Source of the DNA: Candidatus Bathyarchaeia archaeon | GTDB lineage: Archaea; Thermoproteota; CALKCG01; B24 | Length of the DNA: 64,000 bases | NCBI GenBank assembly: GCA_038870975.1 | Contig: JAVZJD010000001.1 | Span: 352,001 to 416,000 of the forward strand | Direction: 5' to 3' | In this document: piece after piece, positions 1 through 9,712 of the stretch | Numbering within the stretch: the first letter of the stretch is position 1 | Layout of the letters: each line of letters begins with the position of its first letter | Notes under the pieces: generated by a model | Databases searched by the model: none | Told to the model about the DNA's origin: nothing | The model's input: only the letters and a program-made list of their open reading frames with translations | Made by a program: the position numbers and the translations under genes

Positions 1-652
1 AGAGCAAGCCGAAAATCAACTACACTATTCTTATGGACTTGTTAAGTTTCCCGGATTTAAAATGAGTAGTAGAAGAGGTAGATACATAACGCTTGACCAT
101 CTTTTAGATGAGGCAGAAGCTCGAGCCTATATGGAGGTTAGTAAAATATCGCCACACCTATCTGAAGATGAAAGACGAAGGATAGCTAAAAACGTCGGTG
201 TAAGCGCTGTGAAATACAGCCTTATAAGCGTAGAGCCTTTTAAAGATGTAGTTTTCGATTGGGATCGGGTTTTGGACTTTAAGAGGAATAGTGCACCTTT
301 CATACTCTATGCTTATGCTAGAGCCCATGGTATAACCTCAAAAGCTGGTAAAGAATCTCTTAAAGAATTTGACCCGACATTACTAACGCAACCTCTTGAA
401 GAAGAGCTTGGTTTAAACATAGCAATGTTTCCACAAGTCTTCATAGAGGCCTCTGAAGAACTTTCTCCTCATACGTTAGCCATGTACTGTAGCAGTTTAG
501 CGACTACTTTTAACTCTTTCTACGACAGCCATCCCGTTATCAAAGCTGAAAAAGGTATTAGAGAAGCGAGATTGGCTTTAGTTGAAGCGTTCAAAATAAC
601 AATGAGGAATGCTTTAAAATTGATAGGTATAGAGCCTGTGGAGAGGATGTAA
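1..652 (+). CDS. argS: Arginyl-tRNA synthetase, C-terminal part (gene starts upstream of the window)
   Basis: Frame is open from base 2 (EQAENQLHYSYGLVKFPGF-KMSSRRG). KMSKS-type motif, YAYAR, FNSFY and a C-terminal DALR-like anticodon domain ending VERM. Confidence 0.95.
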   Translation, partial: EQAENQLHYSYGLVKFPGFKMSSRRGRYITLDHLLDEAEARAYMEVSKISPHLSEDERRRIAKNVGVSAVKYSLISVEPFKDVVFDWDRVLDFKRNSAPFILYAYARAHGITSKAGKESLKEFDPTLLTQPLEEELGLNIAMFPQVFIEASEELSPHTLAMYCSSLATTFNSFYDSHPVIKAEKGIREARLALVEAFKITMRNALKLIGIEPVERM

Positions 653-702
653 AATCAAAAAATATGCTTCTACTTCAAAAGCCTCTTATGCTTTTAAGAC
701 TT

Positions 703-1569
703 TTAAGATGCTCTTTTAAGATGCTCTTCAAAGAATTTTAAAACTCTTTTAAGCATGGGCTCAAGAGGGATTCCATGTCCCGATTCATACCAATAAACTT
801 CTTTTGGTTCTCCGGCTTTTTCAGTTAATAGCCTTTGTGTTTCAGCTGGAACTATATCGTCGTATTTTCCACAGTGGAATTGGATAGGTTTCGGAGCAAA
901 CAGATGTATGAAATTTAAAGGGTCTACTGGCGCTAAGATTTCATTAAGTTTATCGTAGCTTAATCCACGTCTTTTCAACTCCTCTCTTATTGGATATGTT
1001 GAATAGTGCTTACTCTCTTTAATCATGAGAGGTAAATTTCCTCCTCCGACAACTATAACCGCTGCTTTAATCCTAGGTTCGACGCTTATGAAAAGCGACC
1101 CTATTATACCACCCATGCTTCCACCAGCATAACCTATTTTCTCACATTGTATCTCTGGTCTTTGCTCGAGAAAGTCTATTCCTCTTCTTAAATCGAGAAC
1201 TGTTTGTACAACATTAGATTTGAGCTCCTCAATGTTGGGGGAGTACAACACTTTACCTGGTTCTCTACGCTCACCATGTAGAGGTGCATCTATCGATAGG
1301 AAAGCATATCCTTCTTTTGAAAATACCTCTGCTAATGGCAGTATGTCTTCTTTTCTTCCATCATATCCATGTAGGAAAACTATACATGGATGTATCTGTA
1401 CATCAATTTTAGGTAGTGTAAGTATGGCGGGTACTCTTACGTCTCCTACACTACTATAGTAGACTTTATATGCTAGATAATCTGTCTTTTCAAATAACTT
1501 TGAAATTTCTAAGTTTAAAGGCTTTGATTTATCGTATTCATAAATTTTAAGATATTCCTCTAGAGACAT
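703..1569 (-). CDS. Alpha/beta hydrolase (esterase / acetylxylan-esterase-like)
   Basis: HG oxyanion motif (FLHGY), GxSxG nucleophile elbow (GGSMGG), Asp (DDIVP) and His (SGHG) of the triad. Confidence 0.85.
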   Translation of the reverse strand: MSLEEYLKIYEYDKSKPLNLEISKLFEKTDYLAYKVYYSSVGDVRVPAILTLPKIDVQIHPCIVFLHGYDGRKEDILPLAEVFSKEGYAFLSIDAPLHGERREPGKVLYSPNIEELKSNVVQTVLDLRRGIDFLEQRPEIQCEKIGYAGGSMGGIIGSLFISVEPRIKAAVIVVGGGNLPLMIKESKHYSTYPIREELKRRGLSYDKLNEILAPVDPLNFIHLFAPKPIQFHCGKYDDIVPAETQRLLTEKAGEPKEVYWYESGHGIPLEPMLKRVLKFFEEHLKRAS

Positions 1570-1728
1570 ACACCGTTTAAAAATACGGAAGAAACACTTT
1601 TAAGCATAGCTTTTTCTGTTTAAAAGACGAATTTTTAATCGGGCAGAGTCCCAGTAGTTAATTTCCAGTGATGTAATTACTCCGATGAAGTTAAACTAAA
1701 ATTAAACTTCAGTCTTTTATTAATCGTC

Positions 1729-2721
1729 ATGTATATGAACTTCGGTCAAGAAGAGGTCTATAGGAAACAAATAGAAATCCTTCGGATTTTAAGTGAACAG
1801 AATGAGCCTATAGGTTCTTCACTGCTGAGGAGGGAACTCGCCAAGAGGGGGTTTCCATTAAGTGAAAGAGCCATAAGATACCACTTAAAACTTTTAGAGG
1901 AGAGGGGGCTTGTAGAAGGGCATGAGAAGGCTGGTCGGACGATTACTGAGTTGGGACTGGAAGAGCTCAGTAGAGCTTTAGCATATGAGAGAGTAGGTTT
2001 TATTCTAACATGGTATCTCTCTCTAGCCTATAGAGTTACGTATTCTCCGGAAAGTGGAAAAGGTGAAGTTGTAGCCAATGTATTTATGGTCGATAGAAAT
2101 TTTAAAGAAGAAGCGATTAAAGCTGTTAGAAATCTCTACTACGCTGGGCTTCTGCCAGCTCCCTATGTTAAAATTTTGGACGAAGAAGAGTACCGAGAAA
2201 TATCAGCTCCAGAGGGTAAAATAGCCCTAATGACCGTCTGCAATTTAACAATAGATGGTATTCTCATACACTCTGGAGTACCTTTAATTTTAAAATACGG
2301 TGGACTTGTCCAATTCATAAAATGGAAGCCTATAAGATTTACAGAATTAATAGCTTACGATTCTACAACAGTACCGCCACTTGAAGTATTTGTCTACAGG
2401 AAAATGACTTCAATAGCAAGCATCTTGAAGACAGGCTCCGGAATGATACCCGCAAACATAAGAGAGATACCTGCAGTCTCAATGGATCAGACATTTAAGA
2501 TAATTGAAGAGCTTAAAAAGAGTGGTTGGGGAGGTATTCTAGCTTTTGGCAAACCTAATGAACCGATTCTAGGAGTACCTGTATCAATGGATAGATGTGG
2601 GATTTCTATGGTAGGTGGTCTCATTCCAGCAGCGCTGTTAACTGAGATGGGAATCCCGGTTGAGACATATGCTCCTCATTGTCTAGTACCGATAGAAGAC
2701 ATGGAGAAAGTAAAGGAATAA
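1729..2721 (+). CDS. nrpR: NrpR-family transcriptional regulator (wHTH plus a single NRD/DUF128 domain)
   Basis: N-terminal EILRIL..PIGS..LSERAIRYHL..LEERG..GRTIT wHTH; NRD motifs TVCNLTIDGIL, F.ELI.Y..TT.PPLEVF and GGLIP. Confidence 0.8.
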   Translation: MYMNFGQEEVYRKQIEILRILSEQNEPIGSSLLRRELAKRGFPLSERAIRYHLKLLEERGLVEGHEKAGRTITELGLEELSRALAYERVGFILTWYLSLAYRVTYSPESGKGEVVANVFMVDRNFKEEAIKAVRNLYYAGLLPAPYVKILDEEEYREISAPEGKIALMTVCNLTIDGILIHSGVPLILKYGGLVQFIKWKPIRFTELIAYDSTTVPPLEVFVYRKMTSIASILKTGSGMIPANIREIPAVSMDQTFKIIEELKKSGWGGILAFGKPNEPILGVPVSMDRCGISMVGGLIPAALLTEMGIPVETYAPHCLVPIEDMEKVKE

Positions 2722-2806
2722 TCTACGTCAATATTGCAATTAACATTTTTCGTATTAAAGTTGTCGCACGTCTATACTTTAGATTATTCAATTTACCAAT
2801 CACATT

Positions 2807-3382
2807 TTATCTATCTCTAGGTTTAGCTATGATCTCCCTGATAATCATATCGAATATTCTTGTTGAATTTGCCGGTCTAATAACTATAGCTGTGTCAGCT
2901 CCCTTACCAGTCCCAGCTATACTTATCACATCTTTATCTACTGGTATTAAACCAGCGTCAGTAGCCATAGCCGTAATTTCAACGGCAACTTTCATCCCTT
3001 CGCAGAAAAGCCTTAAAGTTTGCGCCATTATTTCCACCGGATATACCGTGTTAAATTTATTCCTTATAGCTCTTTCAACGTTCATGAAAACGTGTGTTCC
3101 CGTGAATACTTTACCTCCATTCGCCACTATCAGCCTACGGTTTTCTTCCGTCATCTCTTGTTTCCCCGGCTCTCTAAAACCAGTATGATGAGTCACAACG
3201 ACTAAGTTGAACCCTTTAAAAACCTTTGAAGCTTTAACGCCAGTTTCACCTCTAGTCGACGCAACAACAATATCTCTTATTCCTAGTTCTTCAGCTCTCT
3301 TCTTCGCTAGGGCTAAAACAGCCTCAGTATTCTCTTCACCAGGCTTACTGAAATAAACTACGGTTTTCTCAATCGTGCTCAT
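2807..3382 (-). CDS. Conserved archaeal pyruvate-kinase C-terminal-like alpha/beta domain protein
   Basis: YF.KPG.ENT, IVVASTRGETG, VVVTHH.GF, GMKVAVEI..MA.DAG, GTG.GADTA. Confidence 0.8.
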   Translation of the reverse strand: MSTIEKTVVYFSKPGEENTEAVLALAKKRAEELGIRDIVVASTRGETGVKASKVFKGFNLVVVTHHTGFREPGKQEMTEENRRLIVANGGKVFTGTHVFMNVERAIRNKFNTVYPVEIMAQTLRLFCEGMKVAVEITAMATDAGLIPVDKDVISIAGTGKGADTAIVIRPANSTRIFDMIIREIIAKPRDR

Positions 3383-3815
3383 AGAGTTACACCGGTTTAC
3401 AATTACAGAGTGTTTTTACTAAAGTCTTTCCCTCAATCTATATTGGAAATCGTCTCTTTAAGGAAGTAGTTAAGAAGGTTGGTGCACCAAGCTTAACAGA
3501 GAACGTCATGGTTGGTAAAAATTATCCAAGTCTATGATACGCAAAATATGCTTTGGTCTGAAAGTATGTTGACCGAGAATAGGCATTTGCTTAAGAGTCT
3601 GTTAAGCAGTATATGGCGAGTTTAGGTTTGAAAGTCATTAGGCTTAATGACTTCATTTCCTACATGCATTAGACTAATTGGGAAAACGTGTGAAATACCA
3701 GTTAAATATAGCACAGAAAAATTTGCAACCATTCGTCCACTATTGAATAGTTAAATATGGGGATTAGTTGCAAATAAATAGTAAGTTAATCTGATTTAAT
3801 GAAGAGGGTTAAAGG

Positions 3816-5057
3816 TTGAATGTAAGTATTAAAGAGCTTTGGAGTTTAGAAGTAGGAGTTGGACCGGCTGAACACGGTGTGTATAAATTTGGATATCTAT
3901 GGCTTTCTCCAACTTTTAAAAACCAATTTTGGAAAGTCGACCCTGAAACCGGTTCAATTTTGAAAACGTATGATATGCCTGGTAACGTCTGGGGCGCACC
4001 GTGGGTTGATGAAAACCGCCTATACGGTGCTTCAACTAAAGGCTTTGTAAAATGCTTCACACATGACGGTGAAGTAGTATGGAATGTAAACCCCAACTTA
4101 GACGATTTCCTAGCGGAAGCTATCACTGAAGCTTGGAGCCGTTATATAGCTGTTCAATTTCCAATGGGGCTAGCGATCATTAGGAAGAGCGACGGAGCAA
4201 TCAAATGGTGTATAGAGTGGACTCCTGAGACTGGAGAAGGTGAATATGGTCAAGAACCGACGTTCAACCCCGAAACCGGTCTACTGTGGGTCTGTAAACC
4301 GACAGTTGACAATAACTTAGAAGCTTACGATCTAAATGGACGTTTAATACGTAGACTTACCCTTCCAAGTCCTCCGACAACTTATGCTTGTCCTCAAATT
4401 TGGAAAAACCTCATGGCTATCGTATGCCGTAAAGACGTAGTGGTTGTAGATCATATGACTGGTAGAATCGTGTGGTCTAAAAGGTTTGAACACGTTAAAT
4501 ACGGAGATTGGCCGCCTGAGTATCCTCTGGCCGGTGGACCGCGTACCATAACACCTGATGGACGGTTAATAGTGTGGTTGGCGGATGGCGATATATACTG
4601 TTTCAGCCTTGAAACTGGAGTAGAACTATGGCATATAAGCCTAGTAAACCTCGGATACGCGTCGAGAGACTGCAGTGACCCTTGGGGTTATGCTGGAGGA
4701 GCCGCGTCAGACGGCGTCTTCATAATCTTGGGAAGAAACAATCTACCTATGTCATCTGATGGCCTTTTCGAAATTATGAAGAATAGGCTTTTCATCATAG
4801 ACTACTTTACCGGCTCTATTGCGGCGGTTTCAGAGCCTAAGTATCAAATGTCCTGTTGCTGTAAGCCTATAGTTGCTGAAGGACGGGTAATCATAGGTTC
4901 ATGGTATAAGGACTCAGAGGGACGAAAATACCCTGCTAGATACTACTGTTGGAGGTTAAAGACATTGGAAAAACGCATCTTAAGGAATATGGATTACGAG
5001 TGGCTCGGTTCATACTATCATGGAGGATACTCCGTAGGAACGATTTTAGGAATCTAA
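3816..5057 (+). CDS. PQQ-like beta-propeller repeat protein
   Basis: Repeated blade motifs: DPETGSILK, DGEVVW, SDGAIKW, TGRIVWS, ETGVELW. Confidence 0.7.
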   Translation: MNVSIKELWSLEVGVGPAEHGVYKFGYLWLSPTFKNQFWKVDPETGSILKTYDMPGNVWGAPWVDENRLYGASTKGFVKCFTHDGEVVWNVNPNLDDFLAEAITEAWSRYIAVQFPMGLAIIRKSDGAIKWCIEWTPETGEGEYGQEPTFNPETGLLWVCKPTVDNNLEAYDLNGRLIRRLTLPSPPTTYACPQIWKNLMAIVCRKDVVVVDHMTGRIVWSKRFEHVKYGDWPPEYPLAGGPRTITPDGRLIVWLADGDIYCFSLETGVELWHISLVNLGYASRDCSDPWGYAGGAASDGVFIILGRNNLPMSSDGLFEIMKNRLFIIDYFTGSIAAVSEPKYQMSCCCKPIVAEGRVIIGSWYKDSEGRKYPARYYCWRLKTLEKRILRNMDYEWLGSYYHGGYSVGTILGI

Positions 5058-5081
5058 CACGGTATTTTAAACTGTTTAACT

Positions 5082-6113
5082 TTATCCACTTCCATATAAA
5101 TACTCTCTTACTGTTTCAATTATGCCGTTAGTTACATCCCGTTCATTCACGGTGGTGTAGAATAATCTATTCTCCTCAGCGTACTTCCTAGTCTCTTTCA
5201 ACGCTGTAACAACGTCTGCCCACGTCACATTCATATCCTCAGGGCGTATACGCACTCCAACTTCTTCTATACTTTTCCGTATTCCTTCCGGGTCGTTATC
5301 TTGAAGGAGCGACATGAATATTATTCCTAGACACACAGGCTCACCATGAATAAACGCCTTTCTAGTTAAATACTCCAAAGTATAGAAAAAGAAGTGTTCA
5401 CATCCTTCAATATGGCGGGGGTTCCATCCTGAGTTGTGATAGCTTGCTCCAGTCCAACGATGGGCCTCCATTAAAGTTTTAATCCCTACATCAGAAACCT
5501 TATGGATTTCATGAGTTTTTTCTCTAACGCTCTGAAGCACTTTTCTAGCTTCAGCTGCCAACTCCTCATCCCAAGGCCACAGCTCTTCTTTCCCCCGCTC
5601 CGTAGCAAGCTTCCAATCATATAAAGCTGTGTGAATACAGAATACATCGCCTACACCTGCATGGTTTAAGTGAGGTGGTGCTCTTCTAATCAGATCGTAG
5701 TCTACGTAAACTACTTCTGGAACAGCCCATCCGATGTAACGGACAACTCCCTTTATCCGTATAGCACATCGATGAGTGAAAGCGGCATTGGTAGATGTAA
5801 TCGTAGGTACTTGGAAAAGCGGCATGTTCCTACGCCAAGCTATGAACTTAGCTACATCCATAGCTCTTCCTCCACCCACGCCTATGACACTCATGGCTTT
5901 TGGAAGGTTCCTTACAAGTTCTTCTAATCGGTCGAGCTCTAAAGACTCAACGAAGTGAACGTAAGCTAAATCTTTACTCCCCAATTCATCTTCTAAAAGA
6001 TGCCATAATTCTCTCATTGTAACAACTATATATGGAGTTGGAGCTGTCTCAGCTAGACCTGTTATCAGTTTTCTTCCATAAACTGTATGGAATGAATAAT
6101 CGCCGGAGAGCAA
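5082..6113 (-). CDS. Glycerol-1-phosphate dehydrogenase / glycerol dehydrogenase-like metal-dependent polyol dehydrogenase (DHQ/Fe-ADH superfamily)
   Basis: GGGRAMDVAK, VPTITS, AGVGD, G.EH and HGE.V metal-ligand motifs. Confidence 0.8.
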   Translation of the reverse strand: MLSGDYSFHTVYGRKLITGLAETAPTPYIVVTMRELWHLLEDELGSKDLAYVHFVESLELDRLEELVRNLPKAMSVIGVGGGRAMDVAKFIAWRRNMPLFQVPTITSTNAAFTHRCAIRIKGVVRYIGWAVPEVVYVDYDLIRRAPPHLNHAGVGDVFCIHTALYDWKLATERGKEELWPWDEELAAEARKVLQSVREKTHEIHKVSDVGIKTLMEAHRWTGASYHNSGWNPRHIEGCEHFFFYTLEYLTRKAFIHGEPVCLGIIFMSLLQDNDPEGIRKSIEEVGVRIRPEDMNVTWADVVTALKETRKYAEENRLFYTTVNERDVTNGIIETVREYLYGSG

Positions 6114-6328
6114 CTCAATCGGAAAATTTACTTGAAAACTATATAAAACTTAACTAAATATGCTGAAACTCGAGTAGTTGTTCCAAAAAAGTAAGTTTAG
6201 GCTTTAACTTTCTACTTATCACATGGCAAGCCTGTCGTTCCGACTGCCAGTATCCATAAAAATTCCTTAGAATTTTAGTGAAAGTAAAATCTTTATCGCA
6301 ATTTTGAAATAGTTTAAACTGGTTATTT

Positions 6329-7861
6329 ATGTTGCGGAGAATAAGCATGAAAAACCCTATCGTAAAATTACGTGAAAAAGCCTCGTCAACACACCGAAGA
6401 CTATATGCACTGATTTTCAGCCCATTTATGATAGGTCTGTTTAGCCTACTATGGTTTATCTTTAGAACTGGAACGAAGCCTTCGAGAATCGTCTATCCAT
6501 GTCAAAGAATAGCTGCCGCAAACAGCTATCTTTGGCTGTCAGTATACATATTCCCCATCTTTCGTGCTATAAACCAAAAAATCCGTAGAAAATTCAATTG
6601 GAGGAGACTTCTTCCAGTAGTACTTGCAATACTGATCATCGGAGGGTCTATAGCCTTATGGAACTTATATGAAGCTGTAAGAAAAAGAGAGCTGAGAGAA
6701 TTGGGTTTGAAGATTGTTGGAAAGACAGCTAGGTTTGAACCAGCTTCAGATATTTTCGTCGTAAATGGTACTAGAGGTTACGACGATGGAATTTTCAAAC
6801 TGATAAATCTAATGGCTGAACACGGTTTACTGTTTTACAAGTCTCCAGATTATGGTGAGAATAAGGGGCCAAACGGTCTCATTAGTAGAGATGACGTTGT
6901 AATAATAAAGGTGAATAGTCAGTGGGATGAGAGAGGGGGGACAAACACTGATCTAGTTAAAGCTCTTATTCAAGCTATATTGAACCATCCGGATGGATTT
7001 ATCGGTGAAATAGTCGTAGCTGACAATGGGCAGGCACAGTATGGTTCAGCTGGTTCTGGTGGAAGTCTTAATTGGAGTAGGAATAACGCTGAAGATATTT
7101 CACAGTCGATTCAAAGAGTTGTGGACTCCTTTGCCGCCATGGGATATAAAGTTTCCACCTACCTCTGGGATACAATTACTACTAAGAGGGTAGGAGAGTA
7201 CTTTGAAGGTGATATGGAAGACGGCTATGTTGTTAATACCACTGTTAACCCGAGGACTGGAATAATGGTTTCCTACCCTAAGTTTAGAACGATTTTCGGA
7301 ACGTATATAAGTTTTAAATATGGTGTTTGGGATGATGAGGCTAAAACCTACTACAGTGATAAGCTCAAAGTTATTAATTTCCCGGTTTTAAAATCCCACA
7401 GCATATATGGTGTTACGGCGTGTGTGAAGCATTATATGGGTGTTGGCTCAGATAAGCTAACGGCTGCTCTCGGTAGTAGAATGCATAATACTGTAGGTAC
7501 AGGTGGAATGGGGACGGAAATGGTTGAGACGCGGTTTCCAGTATTAAATATAATCGACGCCATATGGGTTAACGCGATACCGGGCAATGGTCCAAGCACG
7601 TCTTACGAGGAAGCAACGAGAGTCAATATAATAGCTGCTAGTACAGATCCGGTTGCTCTAGACTACTGGGCCGCAAAGTATATACTGCTTGAAGTTGCAC
7701 GGTTTAAAGGCTATAGTGGAGTAAACTCTATGGACCCAGATAACGTTGAAATAGGGTCCTTCGGCTACTGGCTTAGGCTTTCAATGGATGAGATTAGAAG
7801 AGCTGGTTATCAGGCAACTGTAGATGAAAACTATATGAATGTTTATGTGGTCCACATATGA
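6329..7861 (+). CDS. Membrane-anchored DUF362-domain protein
   Basis: N-terminal hydrophobic segments with KPSRIVYPCQR; DUF362 motifs VIIKVN, INFPVLKSH..GVTACVKHYMG, ASTDPVALD. The start may be the second Met. Confidence 0.75.
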   Translation: MLRRISMKNPIVKLREKASSTHRRLYALIFSPFMIGLFSLLWFIFRTGTKPSRIVYPCQRIAAANSYLWLSVYIFPIFRAINQKIRRKFNWRRLLPVVLAILIIGGSIALWNLYEAVRKRELRELGLKIVGKTARFEPASDIFVVNGTRGYDDGIFKLINLMAEHGLLFYKSPDYGENKGPNGLISRDDVVIIKVNSQWDERGGTNTDLVKALIQAILNHPDGFIGEIVVADNGQAQYGSAGSGGSLNWSRNNAEDISQSIQRVVDSFAAMGYKVSTYLWDTITTKRVGEYFEGDMEDGYVVNTTVNPRTGIMVSYPKFRTIFGTYISFKYGVWDDEAKTYYSDKLKVINFPVLKSHSIYGVTACVKHYMGVGSDKLTAALGSRMHNTVGTGGMGTEMVETRFPVLNIIDAIWVNAIPGNGPSTSYEEATRVNIIAASTDPVALDYWAAKYILLEVARFKGYSGVNSMDPDNVEIGSFGYWLRLSMDEIRRAGYQATVDENYMNVYVVHI

Positions 7862-7938
7862 ACTAAGTTTATAACGGAATGGAACCTTCAATACCACGGT
7901 TGCTAGCTTTTCTAAGGTCTCTCAAACTCTGGCTAAGC

Positions 7939-8856
7939 CTAGTATTGTCCTAAAGATCCATCTCTTCTAGCCGCATCATATCCTACTTTAAATACGTACA
8001 GTGCTATTGGGGTTGCTATGATTATAAAGATAACTAAACTCATGATGTTGGAGATTATTACTGGTGACGTTAAATCTTTTCCAGATTGGAGACACAATCG
8101 TATACCGTCGAGTGAATAAGTTAGGGGGAATGCTCTTCCAACCCACTCTAAATACCATGGTAGAAGTTTCAGGGGGTAGAAGACGCCTGATACTAGTTGG
8201 CTCAGCCATGAAAATGCCCAGGTTACTGGGCTACCTTGCTTAACTTTCATTATCACTCCAGTACTCAATATTCCAATATCCATGTGACCTGCGATTAAAA
8301 GTATGGTTAGTATTATTGCTGTTATTATTGATAGTGGGGTTACGTAGAATCTTGCTCCAAGCATGAAACCTATAAGTAGCGACATTAAGAGAAGAATAGA
8401 TGAAACTATAAATGAGAAACACACTTCACCTAAGAGGAATATTCTGAAGTCCGTGGCTGTTGAGAGGATGGTCTCCATCGTCCCATTCCACTGCTCTTCC
8501 CTTATACTCTCGTTTATACTTTGAACTGCAAAGTGAACATACTGTTGAAATGCTATACCTATTAATGCAAAAGTGAAGTAGCCGCCGACTGCGTAGCCAG
8601 CCTCTTGAACCTGCTGAGATGTTGTAATCAGTGAAAAAAGGTAGTATGTAACTACGAATAGAACAATACCCGATACGTCGAGTAGAAGCCAGAACTTATA
8701 AGTCCACCAAACCTTAAAATCCCTGATGACAAAGGATAGAATTATCCAGTGAATCGGTGTCCTCCTTCTAGGAACTTCCTCGGAAATTACCCCAATAAGT
8801 TTTTCAACCTCCACGTTTACACCCACCAACTTAGTATGTTGCGACAGTTCCCTCAT
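7939..8856 (-). CDS. ABC-2 type exporter permease
   Basis: Multiple TM helices, E.WNGTME.IL, SGVFYPL, FPLTYSLDGIR. The true start is probably a few codons downstream. Confidence 0.85.
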   Translation of the reverse strand: MRELSQHTKLVGVNVEVEKLIGVISEEVPRRRTPIHWIILSFVIRDFKVWWTYKFWLLLDVSGIVLFVVTYYLFSLITTSQQVQEAGYAVGGYFTFALIGIAFQQYVHFAVQSINESIREEQWNGTMETILSTATDFRIFLLGEVCFSFIVSSILLLMSLLIGFMLGARFYVTPLSIITAIILTILLIAGHMDIGILSTGVIMKVKQGSPVTWAFSWLSQLVSGVFYPLKLLPWYLEWVGRAFPLTYSLDGIRLCLQSGKDLTSPVIISNIMSLVIFIIIATPIALYVFKVGYDAARRDGSLGQY

Positions 8857-9712
8857 ACCTTATGCGGTTAACACCCCATTTAAATACCCTCAAACCCAAT
8901 GGAATAAACACCACAGTATAAACAATTAAAACAGCAACATTTAGAAGGACGCTTGGCGAAAACAATGTAGCTCCATTAAGTAGGATTCTACGTGCAGCAT
9001 CTAGGGCATACGTATATGGCATAAGCCAGGCCATAGCATAGAGTATTGGAAAGTTTTCAAGGTACTTCAGTGGAAATAGTACGCCACCTAAGAACTCCGT
9101 TACACTTGCAAATAGGAACGTGAGTGGGTCACCCTTCTTATATACAAGTATTAGACCAGCTGCCATTATGCCTATGCCTGCATAACTTAAAACCATCAGT
9201 AGAATTATTGCTATAAACGATAGAACTGTCTTAAGGTTAATTATCAATGGTACTCTTAAAACACCTATACCGACAACCATCACGCCAAGCATGAAATATC
9301 CGCTTACTAGAAAGCCTCTGATCGACTGTCCGATTATGTAAGACCTCATGTTTATCAACGAAGTAATTATGGGTTCAAGAGTTCCTTCGCGTATTTCATG
9401 CTGAAGTGAGTGACTTAATCTACTTATACACATCCATAAGTAGTTTGCTGTAGCAACGCCGACTAAGGCGAAAGATAACCAGTTAACTTCTCCATATCCA
9501 GCTAAAACGATACGTGTAGCATCAACCTGCAACCCCATAAAAGAATACATAGCAATAGAAGCTACTGTGCTAATCGTCTCCATTATAACCCAAGTCCTAT
9601 AGGATAGGAATATTTTGAAGTTTGCCCAGAAAACAGCCCAGATATGTACGGCCTCTGAGGATAGACGTGGCTTTTCCTCCTTGAAAAGTTTGATTAAGTC
9701 TTCAATCTTCAC
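8831..9712 (-). CDS. ABC-2 type exporter permease (paralog)
   Basis: EIREGTLE, GGVLFPL, PYTYALDAAR; overlaps the ATPase stop codon. Confidence 0.85.
   Translation of the reverse strand: MKIEDLIKLFKEEKPRLSSEAVHIWAVFWANFKIFLSYRTWVIMETISTVASIAMYSFMGLQVDATRIVLAGYGEVNWLSFALVGVATANYLWMCISRLSHSLQHEIREGTLEPIITSLINMRSYIIGQSIRGFLVSGYFMLGVMVVGIGVLRVPLIINLKTVLSFIAIILLMVLSYAGIGIMAAGLILVYKKGDPLTFLFASVTEFLGGVLFPLKYLENFPILYAMAWLMPYTYALDAARRILLNGATLFSPSVLLNVAVLIVYTVVFIPLGLRVFKWGVNRIRYEGTVATY

Noticed and set aside
2679-3188. 169-aa plus-strand ORF, and similar antisense ORFs (e.g. 17238-17660, 19462-19857, 28462-29016, 55330-55722, 61134-61595)
   Set aside because: Antisense shadows of well-supported genes, with no recognisable motifs.
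3440-3670. Possible HAD-like gene remnant and the hairpin AAGTCATTA-GGCT-TAATGACTT (3632-3653)
   Set aside because: Similarity too weak to call without a search; a single hairpin with no assignable role.
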